The translations under genes and the position numbers were made by a program. Shown one piece after another: positions 12,500 to 26,500 of a DNA stretch of 64,000 nt. Under the pieces are notes generated by a model. It was not told the origin of the DNA and did not search any database. It worked only from the letters and a program-made list of their open reading frames with translations. Position 1 is the first letter of the stretch; every line of letters starts with the position of its first letter. The stretch is from Macrostomum lignano (lineage: Eukaryota): assembly GCA_002269645.1 (NCBI GenBank), contig NIVC01001182.1, forward strand, positions 62,001 to 126,000. The letters are read 5' to 3'.

Positions 12500-15400
12500 A
12501 TGTCCACATTAGTACTAGGAAGAATCAAAGATATAAGCTTCTACGACCTGCAGATCAGTTTAGCTGAAGGTAAAACTGGTACAGTGAAAGTCTACAACAT
12601 TAGCAACAGGTACAAATCTATGCTAGAAGATGTTGTCAAGGACAATCAGCCTAAGGTGAGTATGGAAGTGCTTAATGTTCTTTATTGTTTCAGCTTTTCT
12701 GTATAATAAACTGCAACTATTGATTAATTAACTGAAGTTCCGACTCCCTGACCCACACAGCTGATCTCATGACTCTTAGATCCCTGTCCCACACAGCTGA
12801 CCAAATGACTCTTAGATCCCTGACCCACACAGCTGACCAAATGACTCTTGGATCCCTGACCCACACAGCTGATCTCATGACTCTTGGATCCCTGACCCAC
12901 ACAGCTGATCTCATGACTCTTAGATCCCTGTCCCACACAGCTGACCAAATGACTCTTAGATCCCTGACCCACACAGCTGACCAAATGACTCTTGGATCCC
13001 TGACCCACACAGCTGATCTCATGACTCTTGGATCCCTGACCCACACAGCTGATCTCATGACTCTTAGATCCCTGATCCACACAGCTGACCAAATGACTCT
13101 TAGATCCCTGATCCACACAGCTGACCAAATGACTCTTGGATCCCTGACCCACACAGCTGATCTCATGACTCTTAGATCCCTGATCCACACAGCTGACCAA
13201 ATGACTCTTAGATCCCTGACCCACACAGCTGATCTCATGACTCTTAGATCCCTGATCCACACAGCTGATCTCATGACTCTTAGATCCCTGACTCACATAG
13301 CTGACCAAATGACTCTTAGATCCCTGATCCACACAGCTGACCAAATGACTCTTAGATCCCTGATCCACACAGCTGACCAAATGACTCTTAGATCCCTGAT
13401 CCACACAGCTGACCAAATGACTCTTGGATCCCTGACCCACACAGCTGATCTCATGACTCTTAGATCCCTGATCCACACAGCTGACCAAATGACTCTTAGA
13501 TCCCTGACCCACACAGCTGATCTCATGACTCTTAGATCCCTGATCCACACAGCTGATCTCATGACTCTTAGATCCCTGATCCACACAGCTGACCAAATGA
13601 CTCTTAGATCCCTGACCCACACAGCTGATCTCATGACTCTTAGATCCCTAATCCAAACAGCTGACCAAATGACTCTTAGATCCCTGATCCACACAGCTGA
13701 CCAAATGACTCTTAGATCCCTGACCCACACAGCTGACCAAATGACTCTTAGATCCCTGATCCACACAGCTGACCAAATGACTCTTAGATCCCTGACCCAC
13801 ACAGCTGATCTCATGACTCTTGGATCCCTGACCCACACAGCTGATCTCATGACTCTTAGATCCCTGTCCCACACAGCTGACCAAATGACTCTTGGATCCC
13901 TGACCCACACAGCTGATCTCATGACTCTTAGATCCCTGATCCACACAGCTGATCTCATGACTCTTAGATCCCTGTCCCACACAGCTGACCAAATGACTCT
14001 TAGATCCCTGACCCACACAGCTGATCTCATGACTCTTGGATCCCTGACCCACACAGCTGATCTCATGACTCTTAGATCCCTGACCCACACAGCTGACCAA
14101 ATGACTCTTGGATCCCTGACCCACACAGCTGATCTCATGACTCTTAGATCCCTGATCCACACAGCTGACCAAATGACTCTTAGATCCCTGACCCACATAG
14201 CTGACCAAATGACTCTTGGATCCCTGACCCACACAGCTGGTCCCATGACTCTTGGATCCCTGACCCACACAGCTGAACAGGTCTTCTGTTCCTAATAATA
14301 ACTATTAAAAAATATTTATAAATCCAGGATATGCCAGTACTAACAGGAATGTTCAGCATTGGCCAGTATCTGCCCTGTTTGATTGCTAAATCATCTGACG
14401 CCGACGCAAGCCAGAGTAGCGGCACTGGCTTGGCCAAGAACAAACTGGAATTAAGCGCTAATCCTCGTGATGTTAACAAATGCGTGCCAATGCATCAGCT
14501 GAATTCTCGAATGGTAAAATAACAAAAGTTTAGCAATACTTTATGATTATTAACTAGCTTATTAGTCATCATATTCTTTTTATAAATATTTTACAGCTTC
14601 TATATGGAGCTATCGACTCTATTGAGGACCATGGATTTACCATTGATCTGGGCGTGCCTGGCCTTGTTGGCTTCTTGCCAAATAGTGAAACTACGGAATA
14701 TGTTGCTAGGTATGTGTTATCAGTTTTGTTCAGGCTGAGAATTAGGTGTGAAAATACTCGAAAATGAAGGGTTCCGGTCTGAGGACCATTATTAGTATCA
14801 TGATTATATAGCGGCCCAGTCTGAGGACCCTTATTAGTATCATAATTATATAGCGGCCCAGTCTGAGGACCCTTATTAGTATCATGATTATATAGCGGCC
14901 CAGTCTGAGGACCATTATTAGTATCATGATTATATAGCGGCCCAGTCTGAGGACCCTTATTAGTATCATGATTATATAGCGGCCCAGTCTGAGGACCCTT
15001 ATTAGTATCATAATTATATAGCGGCCCAGTCTGAGGACCCTTATTAGTATCATGATTATATAGCGGCCCAATTGTCTAAGGACCCTTATTAGTATCATAA
15101 TTATATAGCGGCCCAGTCTGAGGACCCTTATTAGTATCATGATTATATAGCGGCCCAGTCTGAGGACCATTATTAGTATCATGATTATATAGCGGCCCAG
15201 TCTGAGGACCCTTATTAGTGTCATAATTATAAATCGGTAATTGTCTGAGGACCCTATGCACCTTTCAAATGAAAAAAATCCACAGGTGCAACTTCGGCCG
15301 TCAGCTGTGCCTTGGCGGTCTGGTTCCCGTCCGGTTACTGGATTCGGCTCCGTCCAATGGCGCCAGCTCTTTACTGGCATCCTCACCGGCAATGGGTTTG

Positions 15401-18400
15401 TCTCTAGGCGAGACTCGTATAGTCAGGCTCACCTGCCATCCTGCTAAGCTCATGTCAGCTGATAGGGCCTGGCCTGAGACTGTTCCGTGCAGCTTTGACT
15501 GTTTAACACCGGGCGCTTGGCTGCGTGCCCGGGTGCATCGCGTGGTTGATCGGGCGAATTCAAAACGAACATCTGGCAGCGGAGCCGGCTGCTTGATAGC
15601 GCAATTTCAAGGTAGCATGCTGTGCACGGTGCCGAAGTCACATCTCATTGGCAAGCTGTCTGGCTATAGGTGAGCTGCTGTGAGACCTTTAGCCCCAGTA
15701 TTAACCTAATTTGATGATCAGATAGCTAATTTGATGATCAGATAGCTAATTTGATGATCAGATAGCTAATTTAATGATCAGATAGCTAATTTGATGATCA
15801 GATAGCTAATTTAATGATCAGATACATAATTTGATGATCAGATAGCTAATTTGATGATCAGATAGCTAATTTGATGATCAGATAGCTAATTTGATGATCT
15901 GATAGCTAATTTGATGATCAGATAGCTAATTTGATGATCAGATAGCTAATTTAATGATCAGATAGCTAATTTGATGATCAGATAGCTAATTTAATGATCT
16001 GATAGCTAATTTGATGATCAGATAGCTAATTTGATGATCTGATAGCTAATTTGATGATCTGATAGCTAATTTGATGATCAGATAGCTAATTTGATGATCT
16101 GATAGCTAATTTGATGATCAGATAGCTAATTTGATGATCTGATAGCTAATTTGATGATCAGATAGCTAATTTGATGACTCGACACCTAATCTGATGATCC
16201 GATGCCTAATTTGGAACCCAGGTACCTAATTTGGAACCCAGGTACCTAATTTGAAACCCAGGTACCTAAATTGGAACCTAGCTACCTAAATTGGAACCCA
16301 GGTACCTAATTTGGAACCCAGGTACCTAATTTGGAACCCAGGTACCTAATTTGGAACCCAGGTACCTAATTTGGAACCCAGGTACCTAATTTGGAACCCA
16401 GGTACCTAAATTGGAACCCAGATACTTAATTTGGAACCCAGGTACCTAATTTGGAACCCAGGTAGCTAATTTGGAACCCAGGTACCTAATTTGGAACCCA
16501 GGTACCTAAATTGGAACCCAGGTACTTAATTTGGAACCCAGGTACCTAATTTGGAACCCAGGTACCTAAATTGGAACCCAGGTACCTAAATTGGAACCCA
16601 GGTACCTAATTTGGAACCCAGGTACCTAAATTGGAACCCAGGTACCTAATTTGGAACCCAGGTACCTAATTTGGAACCCAGGTAGCTAATATGGCACCGT
16701 GGTTTCATATTATTCATAGAAGTAAAAATGATTAATCGATCAGCTTACCACACGCGCTCAAAACCCGTTTTGAACCACCCTGCAGACAAGGCGATGCAAT
16801 CCTGCTCACTCTTGTCTCTATCGACCAGTCAACCAAGACTCTAATCGGCTCTTGCCTGCCGCACACTCTGCCGCCAAGCGTCGTTGCCCCGACATCTGAC
16901 GATACCGATGACAAAGATAATGTCACTGATCAAGTAGAGCAGCCTAAGAAGAAAAAGCAGAAGAAATCGTCGTTAGAACTGACGCCATTCTCGCCTAGCT
17001 ACTATTGCATTGACCGATTGTCTGTTGGTCAGACTGTTAAAGATGCGGTTGTGTGCAAGGTGAACAGCATTGGCCAGGGTGCCACCCTCTGGCTGCCCGA
17101 TGCTCAGATGAATTGCCTGATTGGGCCAAAGCACATGCCGGGGGCTGATTTAAACGATCAACGACAACAGGACCAGGGGCAGGTCGCTAAGAAAAAGAAG
17201 AAGCAAGGTAAAGCCTTGGCCGCCGGATTGACTGTTGGCGACGTTGTTAAAGTTCGAATTGTCGACTTCAGCCCGATGGATAATGTCGCGTTTGGGAGTC
17301 TGCGCCCGTCTGTCCTAGAACTGCCGTTTCTGCGGTTAGTGCTGACTTAGTATTTGTCTGGGTGTCTGTGTTTGTCTGGGTGTCTTTGTGTTTGTCTGGG
17401 TGTCTGTGTTTGTCTGGGTGTCTTTGTGTTTGTCTGGGTGTCTGTGTTTGTCTGGGTGTCTGTGTGTTTGTCTGGGTGTCTGTGTTTGTCTGGGTGTCTT
17501 TGTGTTTGTCTGGGTGTCTGTGTTTGTCTGGGTGTCTTTGTGTTTGTCTGGGTGTCTTTGTGTTTGTCTGGGTGTCTGTGTTTGTCTGGGTGTCTTTGTG
17601 TTTGTCTGGGTGTCTTTGTGTTTGTCTGGGTGTCTTTGTGTTTGTCTGGGTGTCTTTGTGTTTGTCTGGGTGTCTTTGTGTTTGTCTGGGTGTCTTTGTG
17701 TTTGTCTGGGTGTCTTTGTGTTTGTCTGGGTGTCTTTGTGTTTGTCTGGGTGTCTGTGTTTGTCTGGGTGTCTTTGTGTTTGTCTGGGTGTCTTTGTGTT
17801 TGTCTGGGTGTCTTTTTGTTTGTCTGGGTGTCTTTGTGTTTGTCTGGGTGTCTTTTTGTTTGTCTGGGTGTCTTTGTGTTTGTCTGGGTGTCTGTGTTTG
17901 TCTGGGTGTCTTTGTGTTTGTCTGGGTGTATTTGTGTTTGTCTGGGTGTCTGTGTGTTTGTCTGGGTGTCTTTGTGTTTGTCTGGGTGTCTGTGTTTGTC
18001 TGGGTGTCTTTGTGTTTGTCTGGGTGTCTGTGTTTGTCTGGGTGTCTTTGTGTTTGTCTGGGTGTCTTTTTGTTTGTCTGGGTGTCTTTGTGTTTGTCTG
18101 GGTGTCTGTGTTTGTCTGGGTGTCTTTGTGTTTGTCTGGGTGTATTTGTGTTTGTCTGGGTGTCTGTGTGTTTGTCTGGGTGTCTTTGTATTTGTCTGGG
18201 TGTCTGTGTTTGTCTGGGTGTCTTTGTGTTTGTCTAGTGTCTTAGTGTTTGTCTGGGTGTCTTAGTGTCTGTCTGGGTGTCTTAGTGTCTGTCTGGGTGT
18301 CTTAGTGTCTGTCTGGGTGTCTTAGTGTCTGTCTGCGTGTCTCAGTGTCTGTCTGGGTGTCTTAGTGTCTGTCCGGGTGTCTTAGTGTCTGTCTGGGTGT

Positions 18401-21400
18401 CTTAGTGTCTGTCTGGGTGTCTTAGTGTCTGTCTGGGTGTCTTAGTGTCTGTCTGCGTGTCTCAGTGTCTGTCTGCGTGTCTTAGTGTTTGTCTGGGTGT
18501 CTTAGTGTCTGTCTGGGTGTCTTAGTGTCTGTCTGCGTGTCTCAGTGTCTGTCTGGGTGTCTTAGTGTCTGTCCGGGTGTCTTAGTGTCTGTCTGGGTGT
18601 CTTAGTGTCTGCCTGGGTGTCTTAGTGTCTGTCTGGGTGTCTTAGTGTCTGTCTGGGTGTCTTAGTGTCTGTCTGGGTGTCTTAGTGTCTGTCTGGGTGT
18701 CTAATCACACCCTGTCTGTGCATCATCACCCACCCGGTCTACAGCTACGAAGACGTGAAACTGGCGGCCCCAATCACCGGCACCCTGCTGCGCTACTGCA
18801 AAGAAGGTGCGTTAGTTCGTGTGGCTCGCAACCTACGCGGCCTGGTGCCCTATTTGCACCTGTCCGATTACCCAGCCAAGCATCAGAAGCATCGCCACCT
18901 GGAGCCCGACACCGAGTTGAAATGCAGAGTGCTGTCAGCCAGTGCAGTGGACAGGAAACTCATTCTAACTGCTAAGCCTGGCCTAGTTCGCAGTGAGGAG
19001 ACGCCTGTAACCCGTCTGGAACAGTTGCTACCCGGCGTGTTAGCCGATTGTTTCGTTGCTAAGCTGGATAGCAACGGTATTTTATTAGCCTTCTATGGCG
19101 CTGCTAAGGCTTGGGCGCCAAGAACCCAGCTTGGCTTAGCTGATAGCGACTCAATTGAGCAGGTTTATTATCGTGGACAGGTGTTGCGAGTTCGAATAAC
19201 CAGACCGGCTGCTGGCAACCGCTTGCCTGTGGCTTCTCTGCTTCTAGAGGGAAAGAAGTAAGTCTTTTATTTTGTATTCAGAGAACAGAATCCCCTTCAG
19301 ACGACAGAAACTCCCCTTTCAGAAGATATAATCTCCCCTTCTGAGGATATAATCTCCCCTTCTAAGGATAGAATCTCCCCTTCTGAGGATAGAATCTCAA
19401 AAGGAGAGAATCCCCTCTCAAAAGGAGAGAATCCCTCTCAAAAGGAGAGAATCCCCTCTCAAAAGGAGAGAGTCCCCTCTCAAAAGGAGAGAATCCCTTC
19501 CCAAAAGGAGAGAATCCCCTCTCAAAAGGAGAGAATCCTCTCTCAAAAGGAGAGAATCCCTCTCAAAAGGAGAGAGTCCCCTCTCAAAAGGAGAGAATCC
19601 CTTCCCAAAAGGAGAGAATCCCCTCTCAAAAGGAGAGAGTCCCCTCTCAAAAGGAGAGAATCCTCTCTCAAAAGTATGGAATCTTCTCCTAAAAGGATAG
19701 AATCACCTCTCAAAAGGATGGATACAATACTCCCTTTTGAGCATTGCATGAGTAGTATTTCAGTTAAGAGTTTAGCAATGATAAAAGCATAAAAGCAACT
19801 CCTTACCAATTGTCTAATTTGCTATGCAGATCTGTACCGGAAAGTCAGGCCGCCAAGAATCGCAGCCTATTGTATAAGCAGCTCAATAAAGCCGGCTTGG
19901 GTAGCCTGGTCTCCTGCCGTATCTTAGCTAAACAAGCCGGATTTTTTCGCGTTGCCTTGATCACGCTTAGCAACGAAAAAGACGAATTCAACTGGACTAA
20001 TTCAATCGAAGCTCGATTGCCGTTCGAACACCTCACTGATCAGGCGGCGTACGCTGATGCCCTGGCCAAGTTTCGTCGGATTGGCGACATTGTCTCGCCT
20101 TGTGTAATCTGGAATCTAGACGCTAGCGTTGTAGTATCGGCTAAGCCTAGCCTAGTTCGATTCGCTAAGGATGGCGCCAATTTTCCTAAAGATTTCGAAT
20201 CGATCCAAGTTGGCGATCAGTTGTACGGTTTGGCCCATCAGTTCAAGCAGTACGGCTGGTTTGTTCAGCTGCCCGCAGGATTCCGCGGTTTGGCGCCTGT
20301 TAAAGCGCTGGCTAGCGAGCACCCGCCCTTTCCTTTGAAGGATCTGTTCAAGGCTGGGCAAACTGTGGTTGCGAAGGTGCGCGCTTGTTATATATTGGCG
20401 ACAATATAATTAATTGGTCACTCACTCTGTCACATATCAGATTAGTCACTGTCACATCGGATTGGTCACTCTGTCACATCGGATTGGTCACTCTGTCACA
20501 TATCAGATTGGTCACTCTGTCACATATCAGATTGGTCACTCTGTCACATCGGATTGGTCACTCTGTCTCATATCAGATTAGTCACTCTATCACATCGGAT
20601 TGGTCACTCTGTCTCATATCAGATTAGTCACTCTGTCACATATCAGATTAGTCACTCTGTCACACCGGATTGTTCACTCTGTCACATATCAGATTGGTCA
20701 CCGTCACATCGGATTGGTCACTCTGTCACATATCAGATTGGTCACTGTCACATCGGATTGGTCACTCTGTCGCATCGGATTGGTCACTCTGTCGCATCGG
20801 ATTGGTCACTCTGTCGCATCGGATTGGTCACTCTGTCATATCAGATTGGTCACTCTGTCATATCAGATTAGTCACTCTGTCACATATCAGATTGGTCACT
20901 CTGTCACATCGGATTGGTCACTCTGTCACATCGGATTGGTCACTCTGTCACATCGGATTGGTCACTCTGTCACATCGGATTGGTCACTCTGTCACATATC
21001 AGATTGGTCACTCTGTCACATATCAGATTGGTCACTCTGTCACATATCAGATTGGTCACTCTGTCACATCGGATTGGTCACTCTGTCACATCGGATTGGT
21101 CACTCTGTCACATATCAGATTGGTCACTCTGTCACATATCAGATTGGTCACTCTGTCACATATCAGATTGGTCACTCTGTCACATATCAGATTGGTCACT
21201 CTGTCACATCGGATTGGTCACTCTGTCACATCGGATTGGTCACTCTGTCACATATCAGATTGGTCACTCTGTCACAGATAGATTGGTAATTCTTGTCACA
21301 TATTAGATTGGTCACTCTGTCACATATCTCACTGGCTAAAATCCCATCTCACTGGCTAAAATCCCATCTCACTGGCTAAAATCCCATTTCACTGTCTGAA

Positions 21401-23472
21401 ATCCCATCTAACTGGCTAAAATCCCATCTCACTGTCTGAAATCCCATCTCCCTGTTAGAAATCCTATCTCACTTGCTCTAATCCCATCTCACCCGTACAC
21501 AGGTGCTGGAGAAGAACGCCGAAAAGCAGCGCTGCCTTCTATCACTGCGAGTACGGGACTGCGCCCGCCCGGTCGAAGATCTTGACGATTCCCTGCTCCT
21601 GCTAGAAGAGACCATTAAACTATTGGACTCCGGCGGACTCTGCCGGAACAGAGCCCTGCTGCCGGGCAGTCTGGTCCGCGTGGCCGTTTCGGCCACCAAT
21701 GCAGCCGAGACAGATTTGCGCTTTCGAAAATTTCGTCTACTCGATTCTAGCAGCCTAGAAAAATCGATAGCGTATAAGTACACGTGCACCGCCGCAGCCA
21801 ATCAGCTGTTAGGAGCGGACTGCACACCAGGCAGTCGGCATAAGGCTCTTGTATTGTCCATTGATCCTAACAAAAGATCTGTCAATCTGTGCCTGCGCCC
21901 CGATCTGCTTAACGACCTGGCCGCCGCTCAGTCCACGGTTCGAGTTGCCGACGTTCAGCCTGGGGAGGCTTATCCTGCTGAGGTGTTGTACGCCGGCTTC
22001 GATTATCGAATGGTGGCGCTTCGGCTGGGACCCAACACTCAGCAGGTGGCCTTTCTGCCGGCTAGACGGGTGGGTTGCTGGATCTGTTGTTTTGTATTGA
22101 ATCTCTGGTATCCCTATGAGTGTCCCTATTCTTCCCCTGATTGATTCCCTATGAGATTCTCCCCCTCCCCGATTGATTCCATATGAGATTCTCCCCCCCC
22201 CCGATTGATTCCCTATGAGTTTCTTACCCCCATTGATTCCCTATGATATTCTTCCCCCCATTGATTCCCTATGAGATTCTCCCCCCCCCGATTGATTCCC
22301 TATGAGATTCTCCCCCCTCGATTGATTCCCTATGAGATTCTCCCCCTCCCCCGATTGATTCCCTATGAGATTCTCCCCCCGATCGGTTCCCTATAAAATT
22401 CTTCCCCTGATTAATTCCCTATGAGATTCTTCCCCCATTGATTCCCTATAAGATTCTCCCCCCATTGATTCCCTATGATATTCTCCCCCCATTGATTCCC
22501 TATGATATTCTCCCCCCATTGATTCCTTATGATATTCTCCCCCCATTGATTCCCTATGATATTCTCCCTCCATTGATTCCCTATGATATTCTCCCCCCAT
22601 TGATTCCCTATGATATTCTTCCCCTGAGTGATTCCCTATGATATCTTCCCCTGATTAATTCCCTATGAGATTATTCCCCCCATTGATTCCCTATGAGATT
22701 CTTCCCTGATTGATTCCCTATGGTATGCTCCCCCTATTGATTCCCTATGATTTTTCCCCTGAGTGATTATCTATGATATTCTTCCCCTGAGTGATTCCCT
22801 ATGATATTCTTCCCCTGATTGATTATCTATGATATTCTTCCCCTGAGTGATTCCCTATGAGATTCTCTCCCCCTTGTTGATTCCCTATGAGATTCCTCCT
22901 TGATTAATTCCCCATGAGATTCTCATTTGGCACTAACTGCACACTGCAATTGAATTCTACACAACACAATCACAGCACTGGAATGAGTCCTATTCAGCCT
23001 CCAATCCCACCGTCGGCTCCCGGATTCAAGTTGTTGTTCAACGCTTTGTCCGCGGCGGCAGCGAGACTGACAGCCGCATCTACCGGCTAGTGGCGCTGCA
23101 GTCCGAGTCTGCCAAGTCCGAAGGCTTCCGGCATTTGGCGCCGTCTGCTGCCAAGTCTGGCGCCGCTCTGGCTAAACGAAAGGTTACCGTTGGGGAGGCG
23201 TTCGCGGTGCGGTGAGTAGGCACTTTGTGTCTGTCTGTGTCTGCCTGTCTGCCTGTCTGCCTGTATGCCTGTCTGCCTATCTGTCTGTCTGCCTGTCTGT
23301 CTGTATGCCTGTCTGCCTGCCTCTCTGTCTGTCTGTATGCCTGTCTGCCTATCTGTCTGTCTGCCTGTCTGTCTGTTGCCTGTCTGCCTATCTGTCTGTC
23401 TGCCTGTCTGTCTGTCCTTCTGTCTGTCCTTTTTGGCTGTCTGTCTGTCTGTTTGTCTGTTCTGTCTGTCTG

Positions 23473-23540
<68 letters not shown>

Positions 23541-26500
23541 GCCTGTCTGTCTGTATGCCTGTCTGCCTATCTGTCTGTCTGCCTGTCTGTCTCTGCCTGT
23601 CTGTCTGTATGCCTGTCTGTCTGTATGCCTGTCTGCCTGTCTGTCTCTGCCTCTCTGTCTGTCTCTGTCTGCCTGTCTGTCTGTCTGCCTATCTCACTTA
23701 AACCTGCCTCCGCCCCATTCAGCGTGATGGCCATCACCAGCTGCCAGCTAAATGTAGAAGACCTTCACTCGCGCACTAAAGGCCGCATATTCATCACTGA
23801 GGTGACAGACTCGCCTCAACAGATGGTCAGCCCGTTATCGAATTTTAGCATCGGTCAAGAGCTGCTAGCTCGAGTTGTTGGAATTCGAAGCGATCGATTT
23901 CATGAAGAGTGAGTTAGCTATGCGCGGGTGTTTTTACAGACCTAATCGGTAGCATACCCCCGATGCTTGCACTTTTCGCTCCAGAATTCTGTTGGAGACC
24001 CGACCCACTCTATGACCCATCATTGACCTGACCCACTCTATGACCCATTATTGACCTGACCCACTGTATGACCCATCATTGCTCTGACCTACTGTACGAC
24101 CCATCATTGACCTGACCTACTATATGACCCATTATTGACTTGGCCTGACCCACTCTATGACCCTTCATTGACTTGGCCTGACCCACTTTTTGACCCATTA
24201 TTAACTTGGCCTGACCCACTCTATGACCCATCATTGACCTGACCCACTTTTCTAATCCGTCATTGACTTGAGCCACTCTGTGACCCATCATTGACCTGAC
24301 CCACTTTATGACCCATAACTGACCTGACCCACTTTATGACCCATAATTGACCTGACCCACTTTATGATCCATCACTGACCTGACCCACTTTATGACCCAT
24401 AATTGACCTTACACTCTTTATGAGCCATAATTGACCTTACACTCTTTATGAGCCATAATTGACCTTACACTCTTTATGAGCCATAATTGACCTTACACTC
24501 TTTATGAGCCATAATTGACCTTAATAGCCACCAAAACGGTTCGCTTCCGCAGCCAATCTCACCCACTCGGCGGCAAGAGGTCCAATCTGTACGAGCTGTC
24601 CGCTCGGCCCTCAATACTGAATCGGCCTGGAAACGATTTTAGCGACCTATTCGACTTGCCGCCCGCCAGCGTCTTGCCGCCAATGTGGCTTTACGTTCAT
24701 CACGCCGATCCTAAGCTTCGCAAGGTATCAATGTACGCCTCTATTGGTAGAACGGTACTGGTGCCTTACCTAGATATTACTAGCGATATTGATCAACTCG
24801 CCGCTCTGTCTAAATCGCTGCCCTGCGGTGCGGCTTTGCAAGCTTGGCGATTGCCCGTTGAAACTGCGGCTAGCATTGGGGAGATGGTGTCTCATGATGC
24901 TGATGCTGATGCCGAGGACCATGAGGACAATAGCGACGATGATGATGAAGAATCTGAATCTTTCCGAGTCACCTGTCTAGGCGCTAAGGCTTGTGAACCA
25001 CTTAAGGTTTGAATTCATTTTGTGTTTTTGAATTTTGAATATTTAGTTGACTAAAATCTTCTTAGGGATTTTACTAAAGTGGTAAAAATATCAGGGATTT
25101 CAGAGAATACTCGTAAGATTTGAAATCTGAATTTAATTGACCTAGATCGGGATTCAGTAGGGATCTGAATCGGGAGTAAGTAGGGATCTGAATTGGGATT
25201 CAGTAGGGATCTGACTCAGGATTCAGTAGGGATCTGACTCAGGATTCAGTAGGGATCTGACTCAGGATTCAGTAGGGATCTGAATCAGGATTCAGTAGTA
25301 GGGATCTGAATCGGGATTCAGTAGGGATCTGACTCAGGATTCAGTAGGGATCTGACTCAGGATTCAGTAGGGATCTGAATCAGGATTCAGTAGTAGGGAT
25401 CTGAATCGGGATTCAGTAGGGATCTGACTCAGGATTCAGTAGGGATCTGACTCAGGATTCAGTAGGGATCTGACTCAGGATTCAGTAGGGATCTGAATCG
25501 GGATTCAGTAGGGATCTGACTCAGGATTCAGTAGGGATCTGAATCGGGATTCAGTAGTAGGGATCTGAATCGGGATTCAGTAGGGATCTGACTCAGGATT
25601 CAGTAGGGATCTGACTCAGGATTCAGTAGGGATCTGAATCAGGATTCAGTAGGGATCTGAATCGGGATTCAGTAGGGATCTGAATAAAGAATCGGGCATC
25701 GCCAAGTTATTTATCTTTATTAAAAATAGAGGCTAATGATAATTCAAGCAGATAAAAATCGGTGAAAAACGCTTTCACACTACTTAATAAAGTTGTACAT
25801 ACTACTACCCAACCTCCAGGCCGGCGATCGCGTAGCCGCTTACGTCACCTCAACTAGCCAGTTCTTCTACCGGGCCTGCCTACCTGCCGGTCGCAGCGGC
25901 CAATTCCACATCCTGGACATGGACCCCAGCCGGCCGGCCGACATTGCCGACCTGCTCTCGGCCGCGGCTCGACGCTACGGTCTGCCGAGTCGTTTTAGCA
26001 GTCGTCGAGCTCCGTTCATGCTAGCCGAAGTGATTCGAGTTGACCGCAGCGCTAACAATTGCCCAGTGCACTGGCTTCGACCTGTTTCGGCTGCCAATGC
26101 TAATCATCAACAATCGGCTGATACTACTAATAGTAGTTTTCTAATCGGCTACGTTGCTAGGCACTGCGATCGCGGATTAGCGGTGACATTTGGCGGATTA
26201 ACGCGTACAGCAGTTGTGCCAGTGCCGCCGAGAGCTCGGCGACTGTTTCCTATCGGCCGGCGGGTCCGGTGCAGCAGCAGTCGGGACTCTGGCGGCGGCG
26301 GCGGCGTGAATTGCAGCGACAATCGACATCGTCCTCGACTGTACCGACTGGAAGAGCCGATACCCGACGCGGCGGAAAAGCCAGCGACAACAAAGCCTGC
26401 TGCTACACCGACTGCTACAGCGAAAACAAAGAGTCGACGCCGGCGTCTTAGCTCGTCGGCTAGCGTTAACGACGATGCGGAAGATGGCGCCAGGCGAACA

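Noticed and set aside
12717-14295. Long ORFs of 185-508 aa on both strands (e.g. MTLRSLTHTADQ repeats)
   Set aside because: They are translations of a 36-bp intronic array. The flanking RRP5 exons splice in phase around it.
24515-24552. AG at 24526-24527 as the acceptor for RRP5 exon 11
   Set aside because: Wrong phase for the upstream phase-2 donor. The AG at 24551-24552 restores the frame and has a pyrimidine tract.
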